From Tubulanus polymorphus (taxonomy: Eukaryota > Animalia > Nemertea), in the NCBI RefSeq assembly GCF_964204645.1, contig NC_134027.1, positions 6,294,485 through 6,358,484 of the forward strand: 64,000 nt of DNA. Direction: 5' to 3'. Position numbers and translations under genes: made by a program. Below, in pieces: positions 28,201-41,007 of this stretch (positions within the stretch are counted from its first letter, which is position 1; each line of letters starts with the position of its first letter). The notes beneath the pieces were generated by a model, which worked only from the letters and a program-made list of their open reading frames with translations, searched no databases and was not told the origin of the DNA.

Positions 28201-31200
28201 CATATGTAGCCTACATACATACATTCTAAAAATTTTACAATCATATTCAACTAGTTTTACGATGACTTGCATATCATCAATGATTTAACTGAGATAACTC
28301 GAGCTCTGAGTGAAGAGAGTAATGAACTAGTCATTATGGAATATTTGAAATTCAACTCATAACTATGGAAATGGGTCTTGAAATTTTACATGTTTGAACT
28401 GATTTTAGAATAACCTAACGATCTGATCATTATAGGCTGAATTAGCGCGAGTGTCGAGTTAAGAAGCTATTAGCAGTGAAAATCTGTCGATATTTTTTTA
28501 TCACTGATGTATTTGGCCGTGTCGCGCGTATCGCAACACCCCCTTTATTATGCCGATAAAAAGCAAATAGGTTTTTACTTCAGTTAGCGCTTCTAAATCA
28601 TTAATGATCACTACGGAATGTCGTTTCCCATCGGAAAACTGATTTACATTTCGAATTTTGAAACCGAATTCATCCATCGATTCATAAACTTCAAAGTTCT
28701 CTTTTTCCCCCGGCGGGAATATCGGGATTTCGACGACACACCGACGACGTCGTCGTGTATGGCACCATCATCGTCGTTGTCGTCATCGCGCAGTACGCCG
28801 GCCGCCGCCACCGACGACTACGGCCTGACGTTATCACATAACGTACTATACACAAACCGTTCAATGAATACAGCGATGCATTATTCTATACACGCTCGGC
28901 GGCAACCTGTTGGCTAGAACAATAACCAAAACAAGTCATACTCGACTACATTCATCTCGTGACAGCAGACATATTCTGTCTGCTGCAACGTACGAAGTTT
29001 CTAGGACTACTGATGTCATTAAGTCCGTATTAAACATAATTTGTAGCTCATACTTCGCAGACGGACTCGTTCTTTCTTCGCTTCCCGTACATGCGCCGAT
29101 ATTTGCCGACTAAATAGAATATTTCACCCAGTTCAAATAACCGTCGCACGTATATCAATTTGTTATGTTTTCAGAGATTGCTTTTCAAAATAAATCACAC
29201 CTCGCTTCGAATGTAGAATATCTTTTCTCGATGATCGCGTGGATCGATCAAAATAAATTTAACTGGAACGAATGTACCTCTTTATATTCTGCGCTATTCA
29301 TTGAACTACTACGCCGGTATTATTTGCGAGGCAATGAAATCTGGCGGGCATATAAGACGAGACATTACAAAAACCATTCTAAAACGCATAGTTCAGTTTT
29401 TGCAAAAGCTCTTAAAGCATGGAATGTTTCTCCGCGACAACAATAATGAAGACACCCACTCTCACAGAATGAATGGAACCGCTCGGATAGGTTCGTAAGT
29501 CATTGTGTCTAAAACTTATAGTAAACATATTTCAGTATGAACGTATTCAGAAATTCCAGTACTGCGCTCTTTGCGTAGTCCTGATTAGGTCACCGACAAT
29601 GGAGTTGTGATTTCGGCAAACAATGCTGTTCCATTCACAAGCCAATAGGACTACTAGAGCCGCAGAACTTATATATATACACGATATAAAAAGAGTGACA
29701 ACCTATTCACACATATCATATAGTGTTAAAGGCAATTATTTATGTCTGAGCATACTTAATCAAGGGATGCCTCTGCCTGGTGGTGATTTGAACTTTGCTA
29801 ACTATGGCTAACTACGCATAAAACTAAAATAGGTTCTACACATGAGTAACAAGATAACTGTAATACTTTGACCCTGTCAACAGTGCTGGTGCAAATTTCA
29901 TCACCAAATCATCCTACCCCAAGTCCCCGGGAACACAGATGTCGTTTGACAATGTATATTGTCAATGAACAACCATATAGATGTCATCATCAGCACTACC
30001 TATCTGGGTTTCTATTAGAATCACCTGTTCATCTGTCAGCCGCGATTTGACAGGTGGTATTGAAATATTTGTACTATATACTCAAAATGGTATGTCTTCT
30101 TAGCTAGCTGGGAATGAATAGGCCTACAGAAAATGCATTAAACTGGCTAAATTTTACCGAACCAAACAGCTGACGACTACATATAAAAATCAATCTCCAA
30201 AATGGGGCTAGTAAAGATGAGATAAATTATCTGAACTCCACTACGTTAGATCTATGATCATGTTGCCCTTTCGATAAAGTCATGGCCAAAACATGGTGCA
30301 ATAATGAAAACCTGAAGAAATGTTGAGCATTATTTCAGCGGTGTCATCAGTGAAACCAGCTGCTGTGAACCCAGACTAGGGCATCGAAACAGATATTAGT
30401 ACATCCGCTCAATACCGGTCAAAACACGGTCACTCAAGAAACGGTAATCGAGATCTTTAGCTCGTATTGAACAATTCATCTAATCAGTACCCGAGAATCA
30501 ATGCCTAAAATTGTGTGTAGCACAACTATACGTATCGCCATCAGCAACTACCAACGAGATTACCTTAACCTACCTTACGCCGTGACGCGACAAATATGTC
30601 TGCCAGTTTTCTGGCAAAATGAACTATGCCTATGGCACCTTGCCACATGAGACAGACACGGACTCATGGATATATCTAAACTATATAAGCTTATATTCAT
30701 TCATATGTACATATACACAGCTTTATATTTTATATAATATATACACTTATAATCATTTTTAAGGTATCAGATACAGGTAATGCACAGTTGAAATCGGGCT
30801 CGACGATGAAGAAACACGAAGGCTTCAAATAATTAAAAGTCTACTGGAAATCGTCATACGAGGAGAAATTGATTGAATCACTACTGTGAATAGAAGCGAG
30901 TTGTACGTTGTCGTAGTCGTCTCTCATCGTAGTCTCAATGCAGCAACAAGCATAGTACTATTACTACTGTCGCCGGAGATATTATATTGTGCTAGTAAGC
31001 AGCGATAGTGGAACGTCATATTAATACTAAACGTCATTCATACATACCTCCATAGTAGATGTTTAGTCATTCGATGAAGGTCCAAAAATGTCCATGATCT
31101 CACCGTGTCTAGACCTACATTGCCGTCTGACAAATTCCGACTGCCAGTGCCAGCATAGCACACACAACGCGCGCACAACACACTATAGTAAGCCAGCTGA

Positions 31201-32433
31201 TATCTGGTTAACCCCTTTCAAGTGGCGATCGTTGTGGTTGTTGTTGTACTGCAACGACATCATCGTACGCATTGATTCCATTGAATGTCTGGCCCCGGTT
31301 GTAGTGTGTAGTGACGGGCGGCGGCGAGGATCTCTTCTCTATGCACGGCTTACGTCAGTATTCATTAGTACAAGGAGCAGACGTAACAAACCTGAGTCGG
31401 TGGCGGTGGCTGCGGCGTCGAGCCGAACGCAGGATTAATATGGATGAATGCCGAGAGAGATGCAGGAAGAAGACATCGCCACACTCTCTCGTTAATTACG
31501 GCGGGGACTACGTTCGGAATAAATACCGGCTATAGAAAATTAGGTCAAGTCTGAATCCCTCGATAGGGTCGACACGTATTCTATCACGGAATCAGTCGAT
31601 CAGAAACAAATATCGATCTTAAGAAAGATCCACGAGATGACAGATTATGAAATCTACATTCACTATATTATACACAAGAAATTGAAAATCCGGAACCATT
31701 CCTGCAGTTGTAAACTGAGCTTTGGTGTAAGCTAGTTCCTTTCCATCATCTTGACCCTAGAGTCAATTTTGACATAGCACTAGGGACAGAAATCTTAAGC
31801 AACTTCTGAGCTGATTCAGATGCTAATCTAACCACCAAAATTACACAATAATACATCTTATTTTTATGTAGTGCTATTATTAGTTAGAACTTTAGCATGG
31901 AATCCTCGTTGAAATAGACACAAACTAGCATAGTTTGGTATAATGTTCCTAAGCGCTTCTTTAAATGTACTCTAGTCTTAAATCACGAAAAACGCTTGAA
32001 ATCTAAATCGCTACCAGAGAAATGTGCTTGAAACAGGAGAAATCGATAGACTACTTCCATCATCAAAGAATTCTAACTATAAAGATGATGTTCTCAGAAT
32101 TTCTACCATACACAAACGCTGAATAAAGGCATCAACTGTAAAAACTGATAATATCATTCCAGTTATGCAACTTCATCAAAATTCCATCCATCAAAAAGTC
32201 CTGAACCAGGAATGATCATACTAATAACTTAGAAATGTTGAATTTGACTATTTCTTATCATTATGATCGTTATCATTTTCATGTGCGAACAAACGAAAAC
32301 ATCATAATCATGTAAATCTTATCCTGTTATCAACCATGTAATCCTACTAGTGTCTGTCCATACGTGATAGGTATGGTGAAATATCTATATTTGAGTGTGA
32401 ATGAAAAATTCTTGTAATTTTGAGTTTCGACGA

Positions 32434-32580
32434 AACCAAAAATGTCAGACCAGGCCTGAACCAAATTTAGCGCAGCTCAAAATTTCGCTCAAGAGAGCGC
32501 TCTAATAAGGGACGGGCCAAATTTGACTTGGGCCTGATCCAATTTAGCCCAGGCAAAATCATCTCCATGTGATTGTGGCT
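32434..32580 (+). mobile_element. MITE, same family, truncated and internally deleted
   Basis: CCAAAAATGTCAGACCAGGCCTGAACCAAATTTAGC ... GGGCCAAATTTGACTTGGGCCTGATCC ... ATCTCCATGTGATTGTGGCT. Confidence 0.72.
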
Positions 32581-35500
32581 ATAGTTCAGCAACAATACGA
32601 GCAATTGAGACGATTGAAGCTAATCTAAATATTATGGACTTTCTATGGCACAGGGCGACACCCAGCATCATTAGGTAACAATACTATATATCCCATAGAC
32701 ATAAATAGGGAACATGACAACAACCTCTGTCACGGAAATAAGCACTTCCCATTCTTAGACCAAGGTTAGTTAAATGTAAGACAACTTTGAACCTAAGACT
32801 AATGATTTTCATGTACTTTACGCGGCCCCCGATAATCATATGAGAGAGGAGACAGCGCCTCATCTAATTCTCATCTATTCAATTCTGTCTGAAATCGCGC
32901 ACACTGCGGCTGATGATGGTTTCAATGTAAATGATAGAAGAAAAGAAACGGATATCTACTCATTGATTGTGGTATCTTAAAAAACAAGAAAATATACATA
33001 CATAAAGGTGGACGCAATTAAACGCATGACCGACGACAATTTATATTTTCAGTACTTCGATGAACAGGCACAGAGTAACATTCACACTAGTATATTCCAT
33101 TAGCGCGCGGTGTCAATTTTTCCAGGCCATTAACAAATTTATCCTTTTCTGTCGCGCGTGCGAATAATATTCGTGCCCGCTTCCAAGAAAGTGGCACACT
33201 GACGGCGATATATTTTCAATACAAGCGTGTTAGTGATAGTTGTTGTGGCAGTTTGTAATTCGGCAGCTGTTTTTAACGATTCAAGACTGAAAACACTTTT
33301 AAAAAGCGAATTTTTCCGGCGACAGTTTTTGAAATGTCCCATATATCAAATCAGTAGCGGAAATTTTATGGGTCTACGAAAATGTACTTAGTTCGTTGAA
33401 ACCAAAAGCACTTTTTCTTGATGGTTTTAATCTTTTTTAAATATCCATTTGATAAGTTTTCATACAGTAAATTACTATAATCAGCCAAACTGCTCAAATG
33501 GACTTTGCCGTTTTTTCAAACGGAGTCTAAAGTTATCACTGATTGACATAAATGTACTCTTTTAATGGGCAAACTTGTTCCGTAAAATTCTGCCGTTTTA
33601 AGCCGCCAATTGCCGTACTTACATTTAATCATACGAAGCACGTTCGCTAATAAAAACTGACCCATTGGCATTTCAGAATAGAGCGGCCATTAAACGTACT
33701 AAATTACTAATATATACCGGCGAAAGCTATTAGGTTATAAATCCGGGGATTTTGTCTTTTAATGGAAATAGTGAAAGCCATTTGAAGAGTATTTGCGTAG
33801 TAATAAGGGATATCTCGTCGTAAATGTCCATACTCAGGCCATTATTGTAATAGTTAGTGTTTAACGTTTACCTCGGGTCCGGGGATAATCGAGTTAGACT
33901 TTTTCAATTAAAGTAATGTATGAACCTTATCTATTGTCTGAGCTACGGATGGAAAAACTTGGACGCATTAAAACATTCTATCAAACGACTGAATGGCATA
34001 AAAGTAATTTCATTCCACGAGAGATCGACTTAATTTCAATTCCGAGATGCTTTTTACAGCGATGTGAAAACTTATCGTGTTGTCGTCGCTTACAAGAATT
34101 TTATCGAGCGATAAATCTTCTGCGCCGTTTTTCGAGACATTTCTAGACGAGCTCCTCTCGCGTAGGCTTCGACGTCATCAACGTCTGAGCGATTCGAAAA
34201 AAATTATTCATATAGGCATTCGTCACGCGACAAAGCTATAATTATTTGCATTTGCGGCTACCAGAAGTCATCCGAGAGCAAACACGGCTCGACGACGGCC
34301 ATCTTTGACGGTCAATTTTTCGTGACGCAGTTACTGTATTATGTCGCTATACTATGTCGTTATTTATCGGAACGGAGTATCTACAAATCGGGATAGCTAC
34401 GAATATCTCGTTGCGACATAGCTCATAAATCAGACCTAGTTTTGTAAGATTTTATTGCACGATCCGCGTCTCCGCGGATTAACTCCACGAGCGGCGACAT
34501 TACTCGGTCGCGCGACCCATAAACAATTTTTGAAAGCGTATCGATCCATAAAAACCGTCTTAAGACGTAGTGAAACGGCGAATTCATGATATTTCAGTTT
34601 TCGGGGCGAATTTTCTAAATCGACCGAAACGCGTTGACAATGAATTCGCATATGTTTACTCAACTGACAGCTGCGAGAAAGAGTTCCACTCGTAATCTAC
34701 TATTTCCATACGATGATCAAGATAAATGTAACAGATTCAGACGGAGGAGAAGTTTTCCAACGAAACAAAACGCCGCCAGATTAACTGCTGCCAAACTATA
34801 AGACGAATATCTCGTATGGTCGCCGATCATTACTTAAGCCGCTGTAATTCAAATGGCCGGCCAGCTTTACGCAGTTGTCTTTCGATTATTCTGTGTAAGA
34901 GGTCATTTATTTGAAATTTCCATTAACTGCTACTTTATCTTTGTCATGAATCAGCGCGTATCGTTAGTTATCACTAGTACATGGTCATTACAGCCTTCAA
35001 CAGTCTGTCGTCTCTTTCTCGGTGTGTGAATTTTTTAAGCAATAAACAAAGGTTCCTCTACTGGCATTTCACCGAAAGTGTAAGCCCCCACGCACGCGTA
35101 CCACACCTAGATGAACGAAATCAACCCTGATCTTTCTCCAAAAGAACTTAAAATGTCATGTTAAACGATGGGAAATACCCTTTGACCTTAGTTTCTTCCA
35201 AATATCCGTGTCATTCATTGATGCTCGGCGTATATTCAGTTATGCCCTATGGCATACCTTTTCATCACTCTACATGAATGACATTTCGTAAGGGAAGTTT
35301 GTCTCGGTACTTTAAAATCTACATTTTCATAATTGGGTGAAAGCCAAAAATCAGAAATCAATTCAATACAAAAGTTCATTTGTCATGAAAAACTCGCAGA
35401 ATCATCGTCATGAAGTTCAAACGAACGTTAAAAATGATTCGACTTCACTTCAATATACGGATACATTCTCGGAAACGATGAGCGAAAAAAGCCAAGGTCT

Positions 35501-38500
35501 ACTTCATCCGTGTTTGTTGACCATAAAACATATAACGTGGTCCGAAGAAATAATGTTTAAAAATATCGCTGTTCCCATAATTTCATTAGGTAAAACATTT
35601 GACAAGTTGATGGTGAAAAAGCGTGTACCGTATTTTTTGTACTTCGCTTTCATAAATTCATTATCTACATTTCAATACGAATTATTACTAACTTATGACT
35701 TGGTCAGGTGATCCATCAACAAGAATGCTAACTTCTAGGGTAGAGCGCGGTCAATGCGAAACATTAAACTGAAGTTCTAATAATCACCCGGATGATCACT
35801 GATGTTTATAAAAACATTAACCACGCGTAGATAAACGTTAAGTATTCATAACATGGATTTTCGTCGAAAGTCAAAAGTATTAAAATCTGAAATGGTACAT
35901 ATTAGTTGCATTTTACTATGAAATTGGTTTGCTAAAACTTGATTGGGATTTGATTAGACTGCTTTCTGGAAACATGCGATACCATCTTTGAGTAATGGCA
36001 AAACAACTGGTCAGATAGCAGCGGTTTTCCTCGCCATTTTAAATTTCAGTGAATAATGTACTGTTTGAGGGGAATCATTCGGTGTGACTAAAAGCATTTT
36101 TAAATTCGATTTAAAAGTTCGAATTTTTAGCAAGGAAATGCATTAAAAGGTGCATCAAGCTTCCCTCAGAACACTACACGGCAGAGTGTCTATTTTTCAA
36201 CTATTTCTCATACCCCCTCTCTCTCCCTCTCTATCTTTGAGAAGTGGTCATTCAAAGTTGTAAAAGCATGCATGTCATGCATCCAGTCAATGACTTTATT
36301 TTGGTGAATAATTCACATATCCTGTCATCGATTGCGCGTTTTTTCACCGACGTTTTATCGGAAATTAGTCAATGAAAGTGTCGCGGTTATTTAAATTGAG
36401 TACTACGCGAAATATACACATTCGCAAAACCGGATGTTCAGAAACTGCCAACGAAATTGAAAATAGGTGAATACAAGTGGCCTCGTTACCTACTCGTAAA
36501 CTAACCCCCAGTCTACTCATCTTAAAACTAATATCGATTATCGATACCGCGTGAAAACATTTGAATATCATTCAAAAGTTGTTGTCAAGCTTGTATTATT
36601 CAAAATGGCTATAGTTGCAATTTGAATAACGCAGTATTTTATGTTAAGAGTTTGTAGAGCTTTTATTGATGGGCATGGCTTCGGTGGTAACGGGTGTCAC
36701 CACCACATATCATTAAGTATCCCATATCCCACACAATTCTGCCTGGAAATATCACTAACAAGAATGAAACACTCAAGGATTAATGAAGTAAGACAGGTAG
36801 ATATGATTCTGGCGTCCTGAACATTAGGAATCTGTGTAAATCCCGATTCATTCTAAATACAGCACGTGAGCTCGTGTGAAAGAGATCATTTCAAACCGAA
36901 CATACGATACACATATACACCATAATCATAAATGAAAAAAAATTTGAATAGCATGCATTCATAATAATAGTAAAGAGACTGCGCCAGATGGTTAAAAATT
37001 ACTCTATATGATATATGTGGATATGCTGTAGTACTCACAGTTCCCCAATTCACACATCTATTATTGATTCACTATGATTATAATGATATGTCACATCTTT
37101 CGATCATCAAACCAGGCATTTGCATAGGTCTCGCTGCCAAAAAAGTCTTTCAAATCATTGCGCGCATACGTTTTCGTCACAATTTTTCTATCAAGTTTAG
37201 AAGAGCCGGTGTCTCTTGGGTATTCCCCCCATTATAGATAGACAGATAAACCATTCCCAAACCCTACAAAAATAGCTTCAAACTATTGGAATCAGATGAA
37301 AATATTGTACTATTTAATGATTGGTAAAATCATGGACATATCTAGTTGGTAAATTGAACTAAATGAGCACCAAGATGAAGAGCCTGTTATTCAAGTATGA
37401 ATGTCTGTTCACGAGGGGACAACGGGTCTCTAGTGGAAAGAACGAACACTAATCAAACCCGTAGTCTAGTTTCCAATAGATATTAATGATCATATTGATC
37501 CGACGACTTACTGTCAATTTCATCTACCCGATGATGAACGACGTAAAGGCTTAACCTCCTCTCAATGACCGGTTAGCACTAGAAATGTACAAAAACATTA
37601 CGGATGCGTCAGCAAATAAATCTCTTAAGAAATCTATAGATAATTTGTTTCATCTTCTCAGCAGATAAGAACTTATCTTCACCCCCAGGAAACATTCAAA
37701 ATTCATCATCAGTTTGTTACTTAACGCCACTCTGTCAATGAAATTAGTCTCTGGCGGTTAACACCTAGAATATTCTAATATCAAACTTGCCATTAATTTG
37801 TAGTTAGTTGTACCGTATTTACTCTTCCAATTACAGAAAAATTCACTAAAATTGATATAAATACACGGAGAGGAGAATACAGAAATATCAAAGAGACAAT
37901 GAAGATAATAACAACAATGATGTATGATTGATTTGATATTCTTATAATTACATGATAGTAACTTTAAGATGACATATAATCTTCAGACTAGTAATATTCC
38001 TAATAGAAACCCTTAGATGACATTATTCCAAAAAATGAAAACCACACTAGAGGACAATAAAATGAAGACATCGATTATAGCCTTCATATCGGTCTAAAAG
38101 GTTTGATACATGAAACGGTCCTGGACGTAATGACGATGTTATGCGCATCAGTTGAACATGAAATCCGGAGATAAGATTTGAATTATTCGTGATTGTCTAA
38201 GATTTCTATAGTTACAGTGCATGTAACCTGGTCATCGATATCTCTAATGAACTTCCTGTCCAGACACAATAAGTCGCAACATTTCAAGCCTAACCTCAAA
38301 GTGACTAACTAGGCAAGAATTTCGTTCAATCCTATGTCGTCCCCAGGTAAATGCCCAATCGGAATTGTAAGCAAACAAAGACGATGTCAATAATCCATCA
38401 ATAATGTGAAATACACACTGATTTGTGGTCAATGTTGAAATCGATTTGGATTTTAGACTTCACTTCAATCATCCAACATAGACGTCCCCTTAGGGGGGTT

Positions 38501-39242
38501 CAAAGGTGCGAAAGTTGGGCCATAATGCCCTTTTTGAAATAATGAGATATCTTTTTACCTCATAAATTAGTCTGCTCCAAAAAATCTAGCCCTAGGATTT
38601 TTTTTCTTTTTGCTATAAGTCCTAACAGTAGTGTGTGGAAGAATCTAGTGAATTTGGTCATTTTAGAAATCCTGGGGACACCGATGTCCCATGACTCCAG
38701 CAATAACGAAAGACAAAAGTCTACAGCATATAAACCCCACCCCACATGTAGCTTTTTATTTAATCTAATATGGTAAGTTAAGAAAGAATTTTTTATTTTT
38801 TATTTTTTGGAATACATCTCAAACTTATCAAAGCACTATATAATATGGGGAACCCTATAAACTAGACGACTTCAAATAACTAGACTAACTTACCGAAAAG
38901 AAAGTGAACCTTTTGACATATCAAACTTAGACATCACACGCCCTTTCGTTCATTTCATCCCACGCTCAAATGATAACCAAGCATTTAAATCAAAGTTCAA
39001 ATAACCAATACCCAAAAATAGGCTCCTTCAAGCTAGTTTTCATCAAGCATAAATTATACATCTCGAATGATCATAAATATCATGAAAATTGTATATGCTA
39101 ACAAACATTTTTGGACACGTATCAAAACATTTTCAAATCATTCACTTCCTTCAAAATACAGACATTTCTATCCAAGAGCTAAGACAAATAATGAATGTGT
39201 TTGAAATAACACAAATATAGATTAGAATAGATTTTGAGTCAG

Positions 39243-39396
39243 AAAAGGGCTTTTTTAATATCTAAAAACGAACTATAGAGTTTATATACCAATACAGACC
39301 CAGGATTACTAAGAATATTGAATAAAAAGGCTTTTTTCTCATAACGAACTATAAACATACACTGTTACAGACCCAGGATTACTGAGAAAATTGAAT
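39243..39396. repeat. Diverged tandem duplication, two units of ~75-80 bp
   Basis: GGCTTTTTT, AACGAACTATA, TACAGACCCAGGATTACT and ATTGAAT each occur twice in the same order. Confidence 0.85.
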
Positions 39397-39577
39397 TGCG
39401 GCTGAATGAATTTCGTAGTAAACTAATCGTTAGATGTGCAGCAGTCTCAGTAGCTGACACCTACGCCTCATCGATGACGCCGTCTACTATAGAATGACAT
39501 CGTCTGCAACCACGCACGCCACCACACCTTATCACCCTTACACAGTAACGATAAGTGAAACTGAAAATTTGACTTAC

Positions 39578-39668
39578 CGACTGCACAACCGCAAGACGAC
39601 ACCAGGCCTCGGCTGAGTGTTGGAAATCGAATGATGTACATTGGACTACTACGCATGGGTACATTCAT
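39578..39668 (-). CDS. Candidate alternative first coding exon of ATXN1 (MNVPMRSSPMYIIRFPTLSRGLVSSCGCAV-G)
   Basis: ATG at 39668 and consensus donor TCG|GTAAGT at 39578/39577 give 91 nt (30 codons + 1). This phase matches the acceptor at 17370. It sits directly downstream of promoter-like motifs. No homology support. Confidence 0.4.
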
Positions 39669-39699
39669 TCAAACCGAATCAACCCTCAAAAACCCGCAT

Positions 39700-39850
39700 A
39701 TACGCAACGACTATAACGCACATGCGTAAATCATTCGTTCCTGATTGGCTGATGCTGTTATTAGGTAATATCGAAAACATAACACGGCGCCGGCTTCGAC
39801 AACCGCCATAATGTTCCACCCTAGCCGTGGGGCTCGGGGTAAACATAAGA
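39700..39850 (-). promoter_or_regulatory. Candidate proximal ATXN1 promoter
   Basis: CpG-rich patch with an NF-Y-type CCAAT box (TCAGCCAATCAG on minus, 39741-39752), an imperfect NRF1-like ACGCACATGCGT (39716-39727) and an imperfect YY1-like CCGCCATAAT (39803-39812), just upstream of a consensus donor. Confidence 0.5.
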
Positions 39851-40082
39851 CAATTGCTGATAAAAATCTAGTGCAGCCCGTCAATCGATTGAAGGCTTCT
39901 ACGCGTAGGAGTCGATACTAGTATAGTACTAAGTTATATCTTCAGGGCTGAACTCGACGCTAGATGAAAGTCATACGTCACCGAGCGCGCCGGTAGTATG
40001 GCATCGATATTGATTTTTAAAACGAAAGTCATCGCTTGAAGAGCGAAAAGGTAAAAATAGACGATCGCCGATCGATGAATCG

Positions 40083-40258
40083 TGACGTCAATTCATTCAA
40101 CTTTGTTTACAACTTATCAATTTTTACGATGCATTTTTCGTTTATGAATGAAACGATTGCCTTATCTGGTCATGTAAAACACAATACCTCTCGCGTCAGC
40201 ATTCATTCATAAAACTAAAAAAAATTGTTCACTTTGAAAAATTGCTGAATGAACCAAT
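40083..40258. promoter_or_regulatory. Cluster of Capicua-type octamers with a CRE and a CCAAT
   Basis: TGACGTCA at 40083-40090; TTCATTCA at 40092 and 40202; TGAATGAA at 40145 and 40246; CCAAT at 40254. Confidence 0.55.
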
Positions 40259-40881
40259 CCTATTTCGCGGTGTGATTTTTCCTGTTTGTCGTTACTGCGC
40301 AATTCGGTTTAAATCATTATACGACGCATCGATATATTTAAAGAAAAAACCATACTTCGAATTCATTTTCCTGGTTTATCGAACGACACAAACGTACTTT
40401 CAAGCAACACGCAGTGGTCTACTTACTGAGAAAAACATTTCCAAAAATAAGCGAAACAGGGATGAATCGAAGTTGATTTATCAGTTCATGGTATTTACGT
40501 TTTATTATCACGAACATTGAACCCTATCAGGAAATATCTATTTTCCAAATACAAAGTAACAGGATATCTATATTTTTTTACTATTGAAATATCATTTTTT
40601 CCCGTTGATTTTATTGTTGTTATCTAGTATCAACAGCCGATCCAAACCCTACACACTGAAATCATTCTATTGTGAGAAATATTTATGAATCAAACCGTAA
40701 AACTGGTCCGGAGTATGCAGCCAAATATAGCATTATCAACGCAAATAATAACATAGTTTCCTGGTTGGTCGAAGGGCAGCACACTTTATATTTGGTTTAC
40801 CTCTGTATCTACCTGCGTACCACCAGCATCATCATTTATCTACTGTCAAAATCCCTGTGATATACAGTTTACCAGAAAGAT

Positions 40882-41007
40882 GATTCTGGGTTCAAAAAGT
40901 AACATGATTCAGGGCTAAACAATAATAATGATTCGGGGCTAAGCGGTAACAAGATTCAGGCTGAACAGTAACCCGATTCAGGGGTTCAACAGTAACCCGA
41001 TTCAGGG
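40882..41007. repeat. Minisatellite, 22-24 bp unit (approx. GATTCAGGGCTAAACAGTAACCC), just over 5 copies
   Basis: GATTC unit starts at 40882, 40906, 40930, 40953, 40975 and 40999. Confidence 0.85.

Noticed and set aside
40882-41007. Regularly spaced repeats superficially like a CRISPR array
   Set aside because: Eukaryotic context, head-to-tail units without unique spacers, and no cas genes.
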